Positions 9,346 to 17,594 of a DNA stretch of 62,417 bases are shown in pieces (position 1 is the stretch's first letter; the number at the start of each line of letters is the position of its first letter). This DNA comes from Candidatus Nanoarchaeia archaeon. GTDB lineage: Archaea; Nanobdellota; Nanobdellia; SCGC-AAA011-G17; JACPNG01. The notes under the pieces were generated by a model. The model made no database searches, had not been told where the DNA came from, and saw only the letters and a list, made by a program, of their open reading frames with translations. The stretch is from the NCBI GenBank assembly GCA_028713535.1, contig JAQTOC010000004.1:1-62417 (forward strand), written 5' to 3'. A program made the position numbers and the translations under genes.

Positions 9346-9921
9346 CTATACTTTGTTTTTCTTTCTGAGTATCAGCCAGCTGGCAAAAATGCTTCCCAGC
9401 AACCCAAACAATAAATCCAAAGCATTATTCCAATAATCCCCGACGCCAGTGTCATTGAAAATGATCTTGGCAAACATTTCTAAAACTTCATGGAAAGCAG
9501 ATATCCCAAGGGGAACAAAAACCAAAAAAATAAACAAGATAAATCTCCCAGATTCCTTGCTCATGTAAATATCCAAAAAATGCTTGACTAAGAACGTAAC
9601 AACAAACAATCCAAAGAAGTGAACAACAAAATCATATTTTATGATCCCGTCCAAAATCCAGTAGTCATACAATCTGCCTCCGTTAATGTACACATAGCCT
9701 CCAAGGATGTGCGCCATAAACAAAACCATAAATCCAGCCAATAATAAAACAGAAAATCTAAACTTTTTATAAAGAAGTACAAAAAAAATAATAATTCCTA
9801 TCATCAAGGCAGTGGAAAATAAAAATTCATAATTCTTGGCTATGACAAAAACAACTGTAGAAAAAACCATAAATAAAATAGAAATAAATAATATCAGTTT
9901 TAATGCAAGATTCTTATTCAT
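9346..9921 (-). CDS. Polytopic membrane protein (tandem paralog B)
   Basis: See 8713..9285. Same length, topology and conserved motifs. Confidence 0.7.
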   Translation of the reverse strand: MNKNLALKLILFISILFMVFSTVVFVIAKNYEFLFSTALMIGIIIFFVLLYKKFRFSVLLLAGFMVLFMAHILGGYVYINGGRLYDYWILDGIIKYDFVVHFFGLFVVTFLVKHFLDIYMSKESGRFILFIFLVFVPLGISAFHEVLEMFAKIIFNDTGVGDYWNNALDLLFGLLGSIFASWLILRKKNKV

Positions 9922-9962
9922 AAAATTTGTAATAAAACTTAAAATATAAGTCTTTCGTCAGC

Positions 9963-11531
9963 TTACAGGCCTTTCTCTTGGAATTTCTCAACCTCTGTTT
10001 TTATAAACCCGGGCCAGAACTTTTCATCAATGGGGTAGCTCGCATCCAATGCCTGGAAAGATCCATCTCCAGTCACTCTCTTTATGGCCTCTAAATTATT
10101 ATATCTAACATCATCAACGCCAATTAATTTTGCAACAGCTTCATTAATCTCATCAAGACTTCTGCCATAAGGACTACTATCTTTAAAGGCTCTTTGAACA
10201 GCTAAATCATCAACACATTTTTTGCCTTTCCCCCACTCTTTAAATGAAGGAAAAACCATTGGAGCATAAGAAATCCAGAAAGAAACAGTCTTGGCTCCGG
10301 AGTTATATAAAGCCCATACTGAACCGCCTTCACTGACACTGCCCCTGACAATGCTATCATCCCCAACAAAGATGTTCTTATCCTTAATTATAGAATCAAC
10401 GCCTCCAAACTTTAATCCAACCTCATTAGACCTTTTCTTCTGTTCGCCTTCCTGAAATGTACGAACTGCCTGTGGTTGCTTGACTAGAGGAAGCTGATAT
10501 TCTAGCTGATCCCAAATTTTATATTCATCTCTGTCCTTAATGTCTCCATGGTTATACGAAGAAATATCAAAGACCTTTTCTTTTAATTTTTGTTTGATTG
10601 CTTCAAAAATCCCTATACTGACTCCAGCACCAGAGTCCGGATTTGGGATTACAATTGTATCTCCTTTTACGTCTTCAACTCCATAAATATCAACAAGAGC
10701 ATATCCCAACTTTCTTCTTGTATCATAGATCTGTTGCCCTTTGAATAAAGAACCAGGATGGCCAAAATAAACAGCCTGGAAAATATCAGGCATTGACTTT
10801 TCTTCTCTTAATCTTTTTTCTTCAATTCCATTCTCAGAGCAGATAACCATCTCTGCGCCTTCAAATTCTTTCTCAACAAAATTTTCAAGTCTTCTGTGGG
10901 AACAACTCTCAGAACTGATAATAACAGGATAAGTGTCAAGTCTACCTCTGCACATAGGCTCAAATGCCTTATCATCATTCAAAGAAACCAAGTAAGTTTG
11001 TTTTCCATCATTAACCAGAGCAACAAGAGCAAATGTACCTCTCCCATGCAATTTATCAACAACTTCCCTCCCAGCATCAAAACTAACACCATACCTATTC
11101 ATAGCTTTATGCAATAAAGCCCCAACAATTTCAGTCTGATTTGAATGAAGGTTATAATCTCCTTCAATATCTCTAGCCAGATCATCAAGTTTAACAAAAT
11201 GGCCGTCCATTGTTAAAATAACGCTCAAGGATGAGTTTACTTTAGTGTCTATTCTTATGGGTTCTGCCTCTTTCCCATTAGTCCAGCCTTTAAAATAACC
11301 AATATTGCCGATTGCAGCAGTGGCTCCCTTGCTATTAAAAAGCCTTTTTGTTTCAGGATCAAAAACATCTCCAATCCTGCCAACTCGCTTGTGTATAAAT
11401 ATTTCTCTATCAGTTCCTGCAGCAATCCCAGCAGTTTCTTTGCCTCTGTGTTGCAATGATCCTGTCGCTAAAAAGATTTTATTCACTAAATCCTTGTCGC
11501 CAGGAGAATAAATCCCGCATATTCCATCCAT
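9963..11531 (-). CDS. purF: Amidophosphoribosyltransferase-like protein (class II glutamine amidotransferase + PRTase domain)
   Basis: N-terminal MDGICGIY (Ntn Cys after a short propeptide), LQHRGKETAGIA, and a C-terminal PRTase loop VGDDSIVRGSV. Confidence 0.65.
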   Translation of the reverse strand: MDGICGIYSPGDKDLVNKIFLATGSLQHRGKETAGIAAGTDREIFIHKRVGRIGDVFDPETKRLFNSKGATAAIGNIGYFKGWTNGKEAEPIRIDTKVNSSLSVILTMDGHFVKLDDLARDIEGDYNLHSNQTEIVGALLHKAMNRYGVSFDAGREVVDKLHGRGTFALVALVNDGKQTYLVSLNDDKAFEPMCRGRLDTYPVIISSESCSHRRLENFVEKEFEGAEMVICSENGIEEKRLREEKSMPDIFQAVYFGHPGSLFKGQQIYDTRRKLGYALVDIYGVEDVKGDTIVIPNPDSGAGVSIGIFEAIKQKLKEKVFDISSYNHGDIKDRDEYKIWDQLEYQLPLVKQPQAVRTFQEGEQKKRSNEVGLKFGGVDSIIKDKNIFVGDDSIVRGSVSEGGSVWALYNSGAKTVSFWISYAPMVFPSFKEWGKGKKCVDDLAVQRAFKDSSPYGRSLDEINEAVAKLIGVDDVRYNNLEAIKRVTGDGSFQALDASYPIDEKFWPGFIKTEVEKFQEKGL

Positions 11532-11583
11532 TTAAAAAAAATCACCCCTTAAGAAAAAACTTAACATTTGAATTAAACCTCAT

Positions 11584-12330
11584 TTAGTCACTGCTTACTC
11601 TTGGAGCCAGAATAAAAGACAAATCAAGTTTATCCAGAACTCTGAACTCTGCCTTCAATGGATATTCCTTGTCAAAGTTCAATATTACTTTGTCAGATAA
11701 TTTTCCAGCCTTGGAGATTTTTCTTAGGTATTCAATAGAATACTTTGCCATGATATCTTCATCCTGGGCACGTATTGTTGTATCATCGTCCTTGCTTATC
11801 TCAACTTTTGCATTGCTTAACTTGCTCTCAGACTTGATTGTAAAATTATTTCTGTTGGCGATCAGTGCAACACTTTCAGCAATGACGCTCATGTCCTCTA
11901 TGGCTTCATCAAATAACATTGTTGGCATCTCAACCCTGACACCAAAGTTCAGCTCAGGTATTCTCTGCTCTGTCTCTTCAATGTCAATCAAGCTTAAGTT
12001 AAATGTTCTCGTGGATTCTCCCTTTAACTGGATCTTCAGCCTGTTCTTGCTCTCATCTAATTCGATTTTTAAAGTATCACTTGGCTTTGCTCTTCTTAGT
12101 ACTTGTTTTAAGCTGTCAAGGCTGACGCATAAGCTAACAGGTTTTTTGACATCATACTCAACAAAAGCGCTGCTTAACAACTTGAATATAATCATTGCAA
12201 CGTTTGCAGGATCCATGGCAACAATCTCTATTTTAGTTTCATCAACCTTGAACGTAACTTCATTCACCAATTCAGAAATTATTGAAACACTCTCTTTTAA
12301 GTATCTAGGCTCAGCCAAAACTAATTTCAT
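11584..12330 (-). CDS. pcn: DNA polymerase sliding clamp PCNA
   Basis: 248 aa. Typical archaeal PCNA N-terminus (MKLVLAEPRYLKESVSIISELVNEVTFKVDETKIEIVAMDPANVAMI), length and two-domain pattern. Confidence 0.9.
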   Translation of the reverse strand: MKLVLAEPRYLKESVSIISELVNEVTFKVDETKIEIVAMDPANVAMIIFKLLSSAFVEYDVKKPVSLCVSLDSLKQVLRRAKPSDTLKIELDESKNRLKIQLKGESTRTFNLSLIDIEETEQRIPELNFGVRVEMPTMLFDEAIEDMSVIAESVALIANRNNFTIKSESKLSNAKVEISKDDDTTIRAQDEDIMAKYSIEYLRKISKAGKLSDKVILNFDKEYPLKAEFRVLDKLDLSFILAPRVSSD

Positions 12331-12387
12331 ATTTCTAAAAACTATACTGCATTTATATTATTTTTGGTGGTATAATATATTGTTTTT

Positions 12388-12786
12388 TCATGGGGATACA
12401 ATATATTCTTTTTTAATAAACTCCAGAATGCAGTAACCTCCATAAATCAAGCCCAGAACAGATATAACAACCAGTGGAATCTCAAGAACAAGGTTTACGC
12501 TCAATCCTTTAAGCAAGCCAATCTCGATAAATGTTGGCAGCAAGGCCAAAAGAATAACAACAATGTCAAATAATAATTTTTTCAGGAAGCGGATAAACTT
12601 GAATCTTTTGAATGCAAAAAGAGCGTGGTAAACAGCAACAATTGTTATTAAAACACCCAAAACATAGTTGTTGAATATGAATTCAAACCCCGTTATCTTT
12701 CCAAGGTAAGACAATAAGGATAAAACTGAAACAGCTATTAGAATAATGCCAAATATGATATTACCACCTGTCTTTTTAAAAATCAT
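12388..12786 (-). CDS. Small polytopic membrane protein
   Basis: 132 aa with 4 predicted TM helices. ATGA overlap with the upstream gene. Confidence 0.6.
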   Translation of the reverse strand: MIFKKTGGNIIFGIILIAVSVLSLLSYLGKITGFEFIFNNYVLGVLITIVAVYHALFAFKRFKFIRFLKKLLFDIVVILLALLPTFIEIGLLKGLSVNLVLEIPLVVISVLGLIYGGYCILEFIKKEYIVSP

Positions 12787-13067
12787 CTTACTAGTTCTTT
12801 GATTTTGTTATATAAAACTTTATCGATTTTGCTTATGTCCTGTACAATTAATGCACTAACTTGAATTCCACTCTCATATGGGATAGACCTCCCAAAAACT
12901 TTTACATAATCCCCTTTAATCTCCTTGTCAAAATTAATTTGCATCTGGCCTGTTCCGTCATCAATTACAAAGCTCCCGGGATTCTTTAATATGACCATGC
13001 CAGACACGCATACGTTAGTATCCTTATTAGTTAATTCCCTGATGAATTTCTCTTTATGAGCCTCCAT
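12783..13067 (-). CDS. OB-fold nucleic-acid-binding-like small protein
   Basis: Start placed at ATG 13067, which gives an ATGA overlap with the TFS stop. The beta-rich core VCVSGMVILKNPGSFVIDDGTGQMQINFD...VKVFG resembles tRNA/helicase-type OB folds. Confidence 0.5.
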   Translation of the reverse strand: MEAHKEKFIRELTNKDTNVCVSGMVILKNPGSFVIDDGTGQMQINFDKEIKGDYVKVFGRSIPYESGIQVSALIVQDISKIDKVLYNKIKELVR

Positions 13068-13384
13068 CAGTAAGACCTCCATCTGTGCTTGCACTTTGTG
13101 CATTCAAAAAATCTTGTCTCTGCCTCATCAGATGCCCTTGTTTGCAAAGTCCAGAAAAAAGCAACATTATTTCCGCACTTAGGGCATTCTTCTTTTGTTT
13201 TTGGTAAAGTGTCAACTTTTTTGTCTACAACTTCAATTATATCATCCCTGTCCAGGCTTACCTCTTCTTTTATCATTACATTTTTTCTTGCCCTTGAGCT
13301 GTAACCACAGGTACATTTCATCAAAATTCCATTCTTGTCTCTTGTAGGAACAAGAATAGACCCGCATTTAGCACAAAACATCAT
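13067..13384 (-). CDS. tfs: Transcription factor S (TFS / RpoM family)
   Basis: Two zinc ribbons (CAKCGS...CTCGY and CPKCG...CTKCKHRW) and the acidic hairpin QTRASDEAETRFF. Confidence 0.9.
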   Translation of the reverse strand: MMFCAKCGSILVPTRDKNGILMKCTCGYSSRARKNVMIKEEVSLDRDDIIEVVDKKVDTLPKTKEECPKCGNNVAFFWTLQTRASDEAETRFFECTKCKHRWRSY

Positions 13385-13975
13385 TTAAAACAACCCCCCT
13401 ATGAATTGAACCAAACTTACAAACCATATTTTTAACCACCCAAACAAAGGTATTCTTAAAACTGCCTTTCCAACAATTTGGCTACTATTTATTTCTTTCG
13501 GATCATTAATCTGGTTATTATCCCCTTTAGTTATTAATGGATCTGTATGGACAACCCTGTGTATTATCGGATAATAAACACTTGACGTCTGATAAACAAT
13601 TGTGTCCCCTATATTAACTTTTTTTGCCTTGAAAATAACCATTATATCTCCCTTGTTAAATCCGTTCTTGAATTTAAAATCTGAAAAATATTCTTTGGTA
13701 ATTCCTTTTTCAGTATACCATTCCTTGTTAGCTTCCCACCAGGCATCAAACCCAAGATGATTCCATGAACAAGTGCCTTTTAATTCACTGTGCTCCATGC
13801 TGCATGAAACTACAGCAACAACCGGCAGATTAGTGCCAAAAATCAAGCCCAATCCTGGATAAATAATAAACTTAACAAGTATGAACGCAACAACTAAATT
13901 AGCTAACCAGCTCCATATAGAATTATCCTTCCAAAGAAAGTGCCATACTCTTTTAAGAGTTTGTTTTAACTCCAT
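13385..13975 (-). CDS. Signal peptidase I, archaeal/Sec11 type (S26)
   Basis: N-terminal TM anchor, catalytic-Ser box SCSMEH, IHRVV, and the GDNN..D box (ITKGDNNQINDP). Confidence 0.75.
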   Translation of the reverse strand: MELKQTLKRVWHFLWKDNSIWSWLANLVVAFILVKFIIYPGLGLIFGTNLPVVAVVSCSMEHSELKGTCSWNHLGFDAWWEANKEWYTEKGITKEYFSDFKFKNGFNKGDIMVIFKAKKVNIGDTIVYQTSSVYYPIIHRVVHTDPLITKGDNNQINDPKEINSSQIVGKAVLRIPLFGWLKIWFVSLVQFIGGLF

Positions 13976-14050
13976 TTGAACCTTGGTGTTGTATCTAAAA
14001 ACTTAAAAAGGTTTCTATCAATACATATATATACCCTATAAACAAAAAAC

Positions 14051-14175
14051 AAGGTGCCGGGAAGCATTTCCACTTGAGATTCCCTTTGTATTGGACAACC
14101 GACATGGAGCTCCCTAAAGAGTTATCTCCGGTAGTCTTATTCAACTGTAGTGTTATGCCCCTCCGGATGCACCTT
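14051..14175 (-). ncRNA. Unassigned ~125-nt structured RNA candidate
   Basis: A terminal 7-bp helix (14051-14057 / 14169-14175) closes internal hairpins. Read on the minus strand it is followed immediately by GUUUUUUGUUU (14041-14050). No ORF. G+C visibly above the flanks. Confidence 0.4.
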
Positions 14176-14230
14176 GTCTCTTCTTATAAATCTAAATAAA
14201 AATAGAAAAAATAAAAGAAAATTATAAAAT

Positions 14231-15300
14231 AAGGTGAGGTTGTCCTTGTTGCAAACATATCTGAAAATCTGGATGGACAACCCCACACTCTTGTTGCGTC
14301 TACTAGTCCGTCCCCGTCTTTCTCAAGGGGTTTCATAGATTAGTAAAAGAAAATCGTATGTTCTTATGACGCAGATACTACCAACCCCGTCGTATCGGGG
14401 GTGCCACGACATCCTGAACTGATTATTTGCCAGTAGTCGTGAAACATAGAAAGCTGGTGGTTGTCCACTCTGTCATTCGGGCTGACAGGAAGCGACAACA
14501 CCATAGACGAGAATAGAGCATTCATAACAATGCCCTCCGTTTGGTGTGTAATTTCCACAGATCAAATTACACTGACATTGGAAATTACACACAGTCGATT
14601 TTAGGGTTTGTGTCGGTGCATGGTTTGCCCTAATCTTGCTCTTCCTCCATTAAGGAAAAAAGTTTACAATAAAAAAGGCGGGGCTGACCTTTATAAAAGT
14701 CAAAAGACAAGAGGGGTAACCTCTTTCACCCCGCCATAGTCCAATAACAACTGGGAGCCTCAGGATATAATTATATTTTTATCTCGGCGGTGTTTGTGTA
14801 TAAGGAGGTAATACACTTATTGAGAGACTCCCAGAACCAAATACGATTAAAAAATCCTTGCAGGTCAGGTTCGAAACCAATAGATGATTGTGAAAAAGAT
14901 TATACGAAACCCGACACCTCCTCTCTTAGATGACCGTTTATCGAGAGGTGTCCTAAACCTTTAAACGACTGCAAGGAATTGTGTTAATCAACAATCAAAA
15001 TTTTTGGGAGTGAAAAAGACCTTTTCGAGATTTACGTCCAGAAGAAACTTCGAGACGTAGGATGCAACAGTTCAACTCAAAGCAAAGTAAATTCTTCTGG
15101 ACACGGTGGGGTCACAACTCCTTGGAGTTGTAGTTTGAACATAGAACCAATAGGCACGAAAACAACGAGTTATCCTGAATATCATCGAGGTCTTTGCTCT
15201 GCGCAGATATGCAGATAACGAAATCATTGAAGCTATCCATTGCAGTATTTTTTTGATTATACTCATATGCATGCTCCTACTAGGTCCAATCACTCCCAAA
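14231..15300 (-). ncRNA. Unassigned large (~1 kb) highly structured RNA candidate
   Basis: ORF-free and G+C-enriched. Many perfect local and long-range helices (see the first finding). The helix mismatches are A/C on the plus strand, which become G-U on the minus strand. Exact ends unknown. Confidence 0.45.
14544..14592. repeat. 14-bp perfect inverted repeat whose loop carries a second copy of part of the 3' arm
   Basis: 14544-14557 pairs perfectly with 14579-14592. AAATTACAC occurs in the loop (14564-14572) and again in the 3' arm (14582-14590). Confidence 0.8.
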
Positions 15301-15459
15301 CTTTATTCTAAAATTAGGTTTTCCATCTCTTTCCGCTTTAAGCAGAAAAAAGATAACAGAAAACACTAATATAGATTCCAGTCCAAAGACGAAAATTAAG
15401 CCCAAAGGCTCAATAATTTTTAATAATTAATAAATATGAAAAATCCCTATTTATAAATT

Positions 15460-16029
15460 TTATTCTTCAACAATAGTCTTGTCAGGCATTTCTTTAAAAA
15501 CTTGTGCCTGGAAAGTATAAACCTCGCATCCTTTTTTCTTCCAGTTATCCTCTAACAATCCAGCTTTCAAGCAGGTTTCTCTTAAAAATTCTTCAGTATC
15601 CCATCTATGCTCTTTAGCTACCTGCGGCAATAATAATCCAGAAAATCCTCTGCATCCAACAATTAACCCGTCTCTTCCTATTTTTATTTTTTCAGAATAT
15701 TTCTCAGGTTTTACCTCAAGTAATTCAGGAACAGTCAAAACAGAAATCTCAATCGTTAAATCTTTTAATTCTTTTTCATTCAAAGTTTTAAATCTTGAAT
15801 CATTAAATGCTGCCTCTCTTGCCATGCCAATAACAGCCTTTCCCAGATTTTCATAAGGCAAAACCAATCCGATGCATCCTTTCAGGTTTCCTTTAATATA
15901 AAGTGTAACAAAAACTCCTTTTTTTTCCTTGAACAAGTTAGTGTCAAGTTCTTTTCCTTTAAACCAGAATTCAATAGACTTTCTTGCAATGTCAATTAAT
16001 TGTTTTCCTTGTTCTAAGGTATATCTCAT
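15460..16029 (-). CDS. AMMECR1 domain protein
   Basis: 189 aa. GVFVTLYIKGNLKGCIG and GLLLPQV motifs are characteristic of AMMECR1. Confidence 0.85.
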   Translation of the reverse strand: MRYTLEQGKQLIDIARKSIEFWFKGKELDTNLFKEKKGVFVTLYIKGNLKGCIGLVLPYENLGKAVIGMAREAAFNDSRFKTLNEKELKDLTIEISVLTVPELLEVKPEKYSEKIKIGRDGLIVGCRGFSGLLLPQVAKEHRWDTEEFLRETCLKAGLLEDNWKKKGCEVYTFQAQVFKEMPDKTIVEE

Positions 16030-16295
16030 TTCATTATAGAATCAAACTTATTATTAAATTCTTTTATCCTGTCTTTCAACCTAGAAACAGCATCCTTAAG
16101 TGCCTTTTCAGGATTCTTTGCATCAACTATGAATATCATCTGGTCATCCAGGCTGTGAGGCATGTTATAGCCAGCAAGATCAACTTCCTTGTCGTTCCAA
16201 AGCTCTTTTCTTAATAAATTGCAGAACGTGTGGTTTTCTCCCCTGATCTCAAACTTCAGCCTGTTTCCCTGTTTTTCCAATAGTTTAAGCTCCAT
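16026..16295 (-). CDS. rpoL: DNA-directed RNA polymerase subunit L (Rpb11 homolog)
   Basis: 89 aa. LKFEIRGENHTFCNLLRKEL ... AGYNMPHSL is the typical RpoL core. 4-nt overlap with the AMMECR1 gene. Confidence 0.85.
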   Translation of the reverse strand: MELKLLEKQGNRLKFEIRGENHTFCNLLRKELWNDKEVDLAGYNMPHSLDDQMIFIVDAKNPEKALKDAVSRLKDRIKEFNNKFDSIMK

Positions 16296-16386
16296 AACTC
16301 AATTTTCATAAACAACTGTTTTTAAATGTTTCTATAATACATATACATACAGTATCAAGAAAAGATAGTAATATACGAGTCTAAGT

Positions 16387-16854
16387 CTATTTCTTTAAGC
16401 CTAATAAGTCCCCAATAGTTAACTTTGAATCTCTGAAATTAAGATCGTCCTTGCCAGTTTTCTTTTCTTCTTTGTATTTTTCCTTTAAGCTAATCTGCAA
16501 AAACTGCTCTAATTTCTTAATTAACAAATCAGATGGCCTTAGCTGCCCGCTCTCAATCCTGTGTATTGTCCCTTCCTTCTCAGCCAAAAACAAAGCAAGT
16601 TTATCCTGAGTCAGCCCTTTTCTCTCTCTGGCTTTTCTTATTCTCTCTCCAAAATCAGAAACAAGAACCTCACTGACAGTCTCCTCTTGATTTCCTTCAA
16701 CAAAAGCTTTTTGTTTGATTTCCTCAGCAGGTTCTTTCGGAGTTTCAATAATATCCCCATATTCGCTGCATGACTGACAAACCTCTAACACAGATCCTTC
16801 CACTATAACTTTGTATAATTCAGACTCTCTTCCGCATAAATCACAGACTGCCAT
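16387..16854 (-). CDS. mbf1: Archaeal multiprotein-bridging factor 1 (zinc ribbon + XRE-type HTH)
   Basis: N-terminal CDLCG...CQSC zinc ribbon. C-terminal HTH IRKARERKGLTQDKLALFLAEKEGTIHRIESG. Confidence 0.85.
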   Translation of the reverse strand: MAVCDLCGRESELYKVIVEGSVLEVCQSCSEYGDIIETPKEPAEEIKQKAFVEGNQEETVSEVLVSDFGERIRKARERKGLTQDKLALFLAEKEGTIHRIESGQLRPSDLLIKKLEQFLQISLKEKYKEEKKTGKDDLNFRDSKLTIGDLLGLKK

Positions 16855-16905
16855 GGTTTAATAATAAATTAAAATCTTAAATAATTTGTTATCTTGCTGA
16901 ATATA

Positions 16906-17589
16906 TTAGCAATTCTCGTTTTTTTCCCTGAAATGCTCGCATATTACAGGTTTTAATCCATCTGACTCCATCAAGCCAGGATAGACTTCATTATCCACAA
17001 CCAACGTAGGATACTCTGTAATGTTATATGTGTTGACAACTATGTCAACCAAAGGTTCATTCTTGAATTCAGAATCCATTGAAAAAACAAGTAATTTTTC
17101 CCCAAATAATTTCTTGAGGTAAGTTAATACATATGATTGGGTAGAACATTCGCTACAGTCATCTTCATTTATGTAAAAATACAAAACAGAAACCGAATCC
17201 CTGTCGCAGATTCTCTTGGATTGCTTATCCAGCAGCCAGTACTTAATCTGTGCAAGAAGATAATCCCTTTTCAGTGTTTCATAATCTACTTTAGTAAAGC
17301 TGTCATCTGTGCTGTAATCCTCTATCCTTACCCTCAGCTCTTCAAGATCAGAAACGCTTTTTGACATTGCCTGGCTTATTCCGCTGCATACCCCCTCTGT
17401 TTTCATTGTGTCAACAAAGGCATACTGCAATTGCAAGCTGTCATAATCCATCCTTTGGGCGTCCATTACTCCAGAAAGATAATTTTCTCTCTGCTTGTTA
17501 AATGAAAATCCAACAAGCATTCCTATCACAAACACAAATAACGTTATGAAAAATGCGATTAAGTATCTTCTTTTCTTGAATTCTCTCAT
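16906..17589 (-). CDS. Membrane-anchored thioredoxin-fold protein with CxxC motif
   Basis: N-terminal TM anchor, CSEC active-site-like motif (DDCSECS), and a downstream cis-Pro-like EYPTLVV, as in thioredoxin/DsbA-like proteins. Confidence 0.55.
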   Translation of the reverse strand: MREFKKRRYLIAFFITLFVFVIGMLVGFSFNKQRENYLSGVMDAQRMDYDSLQLQYAFVDTMKTEGVCSGISQAMSKSVSDLEELRVRIEDYSTDDSFTKVDYETLKRDYLLAQIKYWLLDKQSKRICDRDSVSVLYFYINEDDCSECSTQSYVLTYLKKLFGEKLLVFSMDSEFKNEPLVDIVVNTYNITEYPTLVVDNEVYPGLMESDGLKPVICEHFREKNENC

Positions 17590-17594
17590 CTAAA

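Noticed and set aside
11669-12436. 255-aa plus-strand ORF opposite PCNA
   Set aside because: It is entirely antisense to a strongly supported PCNA gene. Its Ser/Leu/Ile/Phe-rich low-complexity translation is typical of a shadow ORF in A/T-rich DNA.
14051-14175. Assignment of the 125-nt unit as 5S rRNA
   Set aside because: The length, the terminal stem and a few words (CCGGAGAUAACUC vs CCGGAAGUUAAGC; CGGUUGU) are suggestive. However, I could not form helices II/III or a loop C/loop E arrangement on either strand. It is kept only as an unassigned RNA.
14864-14878. T-loop-like GGTTCGAAACC suggesting a tRNA
   Set aside because: No 5-bp T stem, acceptor, D or anticodon arms can be built around it. 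It is better explained as part of the nested helices of the large RNA.
14364-15299. Short ORFs 14364..14558(-) and 15072..15299(-) in the ORF-free region
   Set aside because: They have no Shine-Dalgarno or promoter context and no recognisable motifs. They cut across strong RNA helices. ORFs of this length are expected by chance in G+C-richer sequence.
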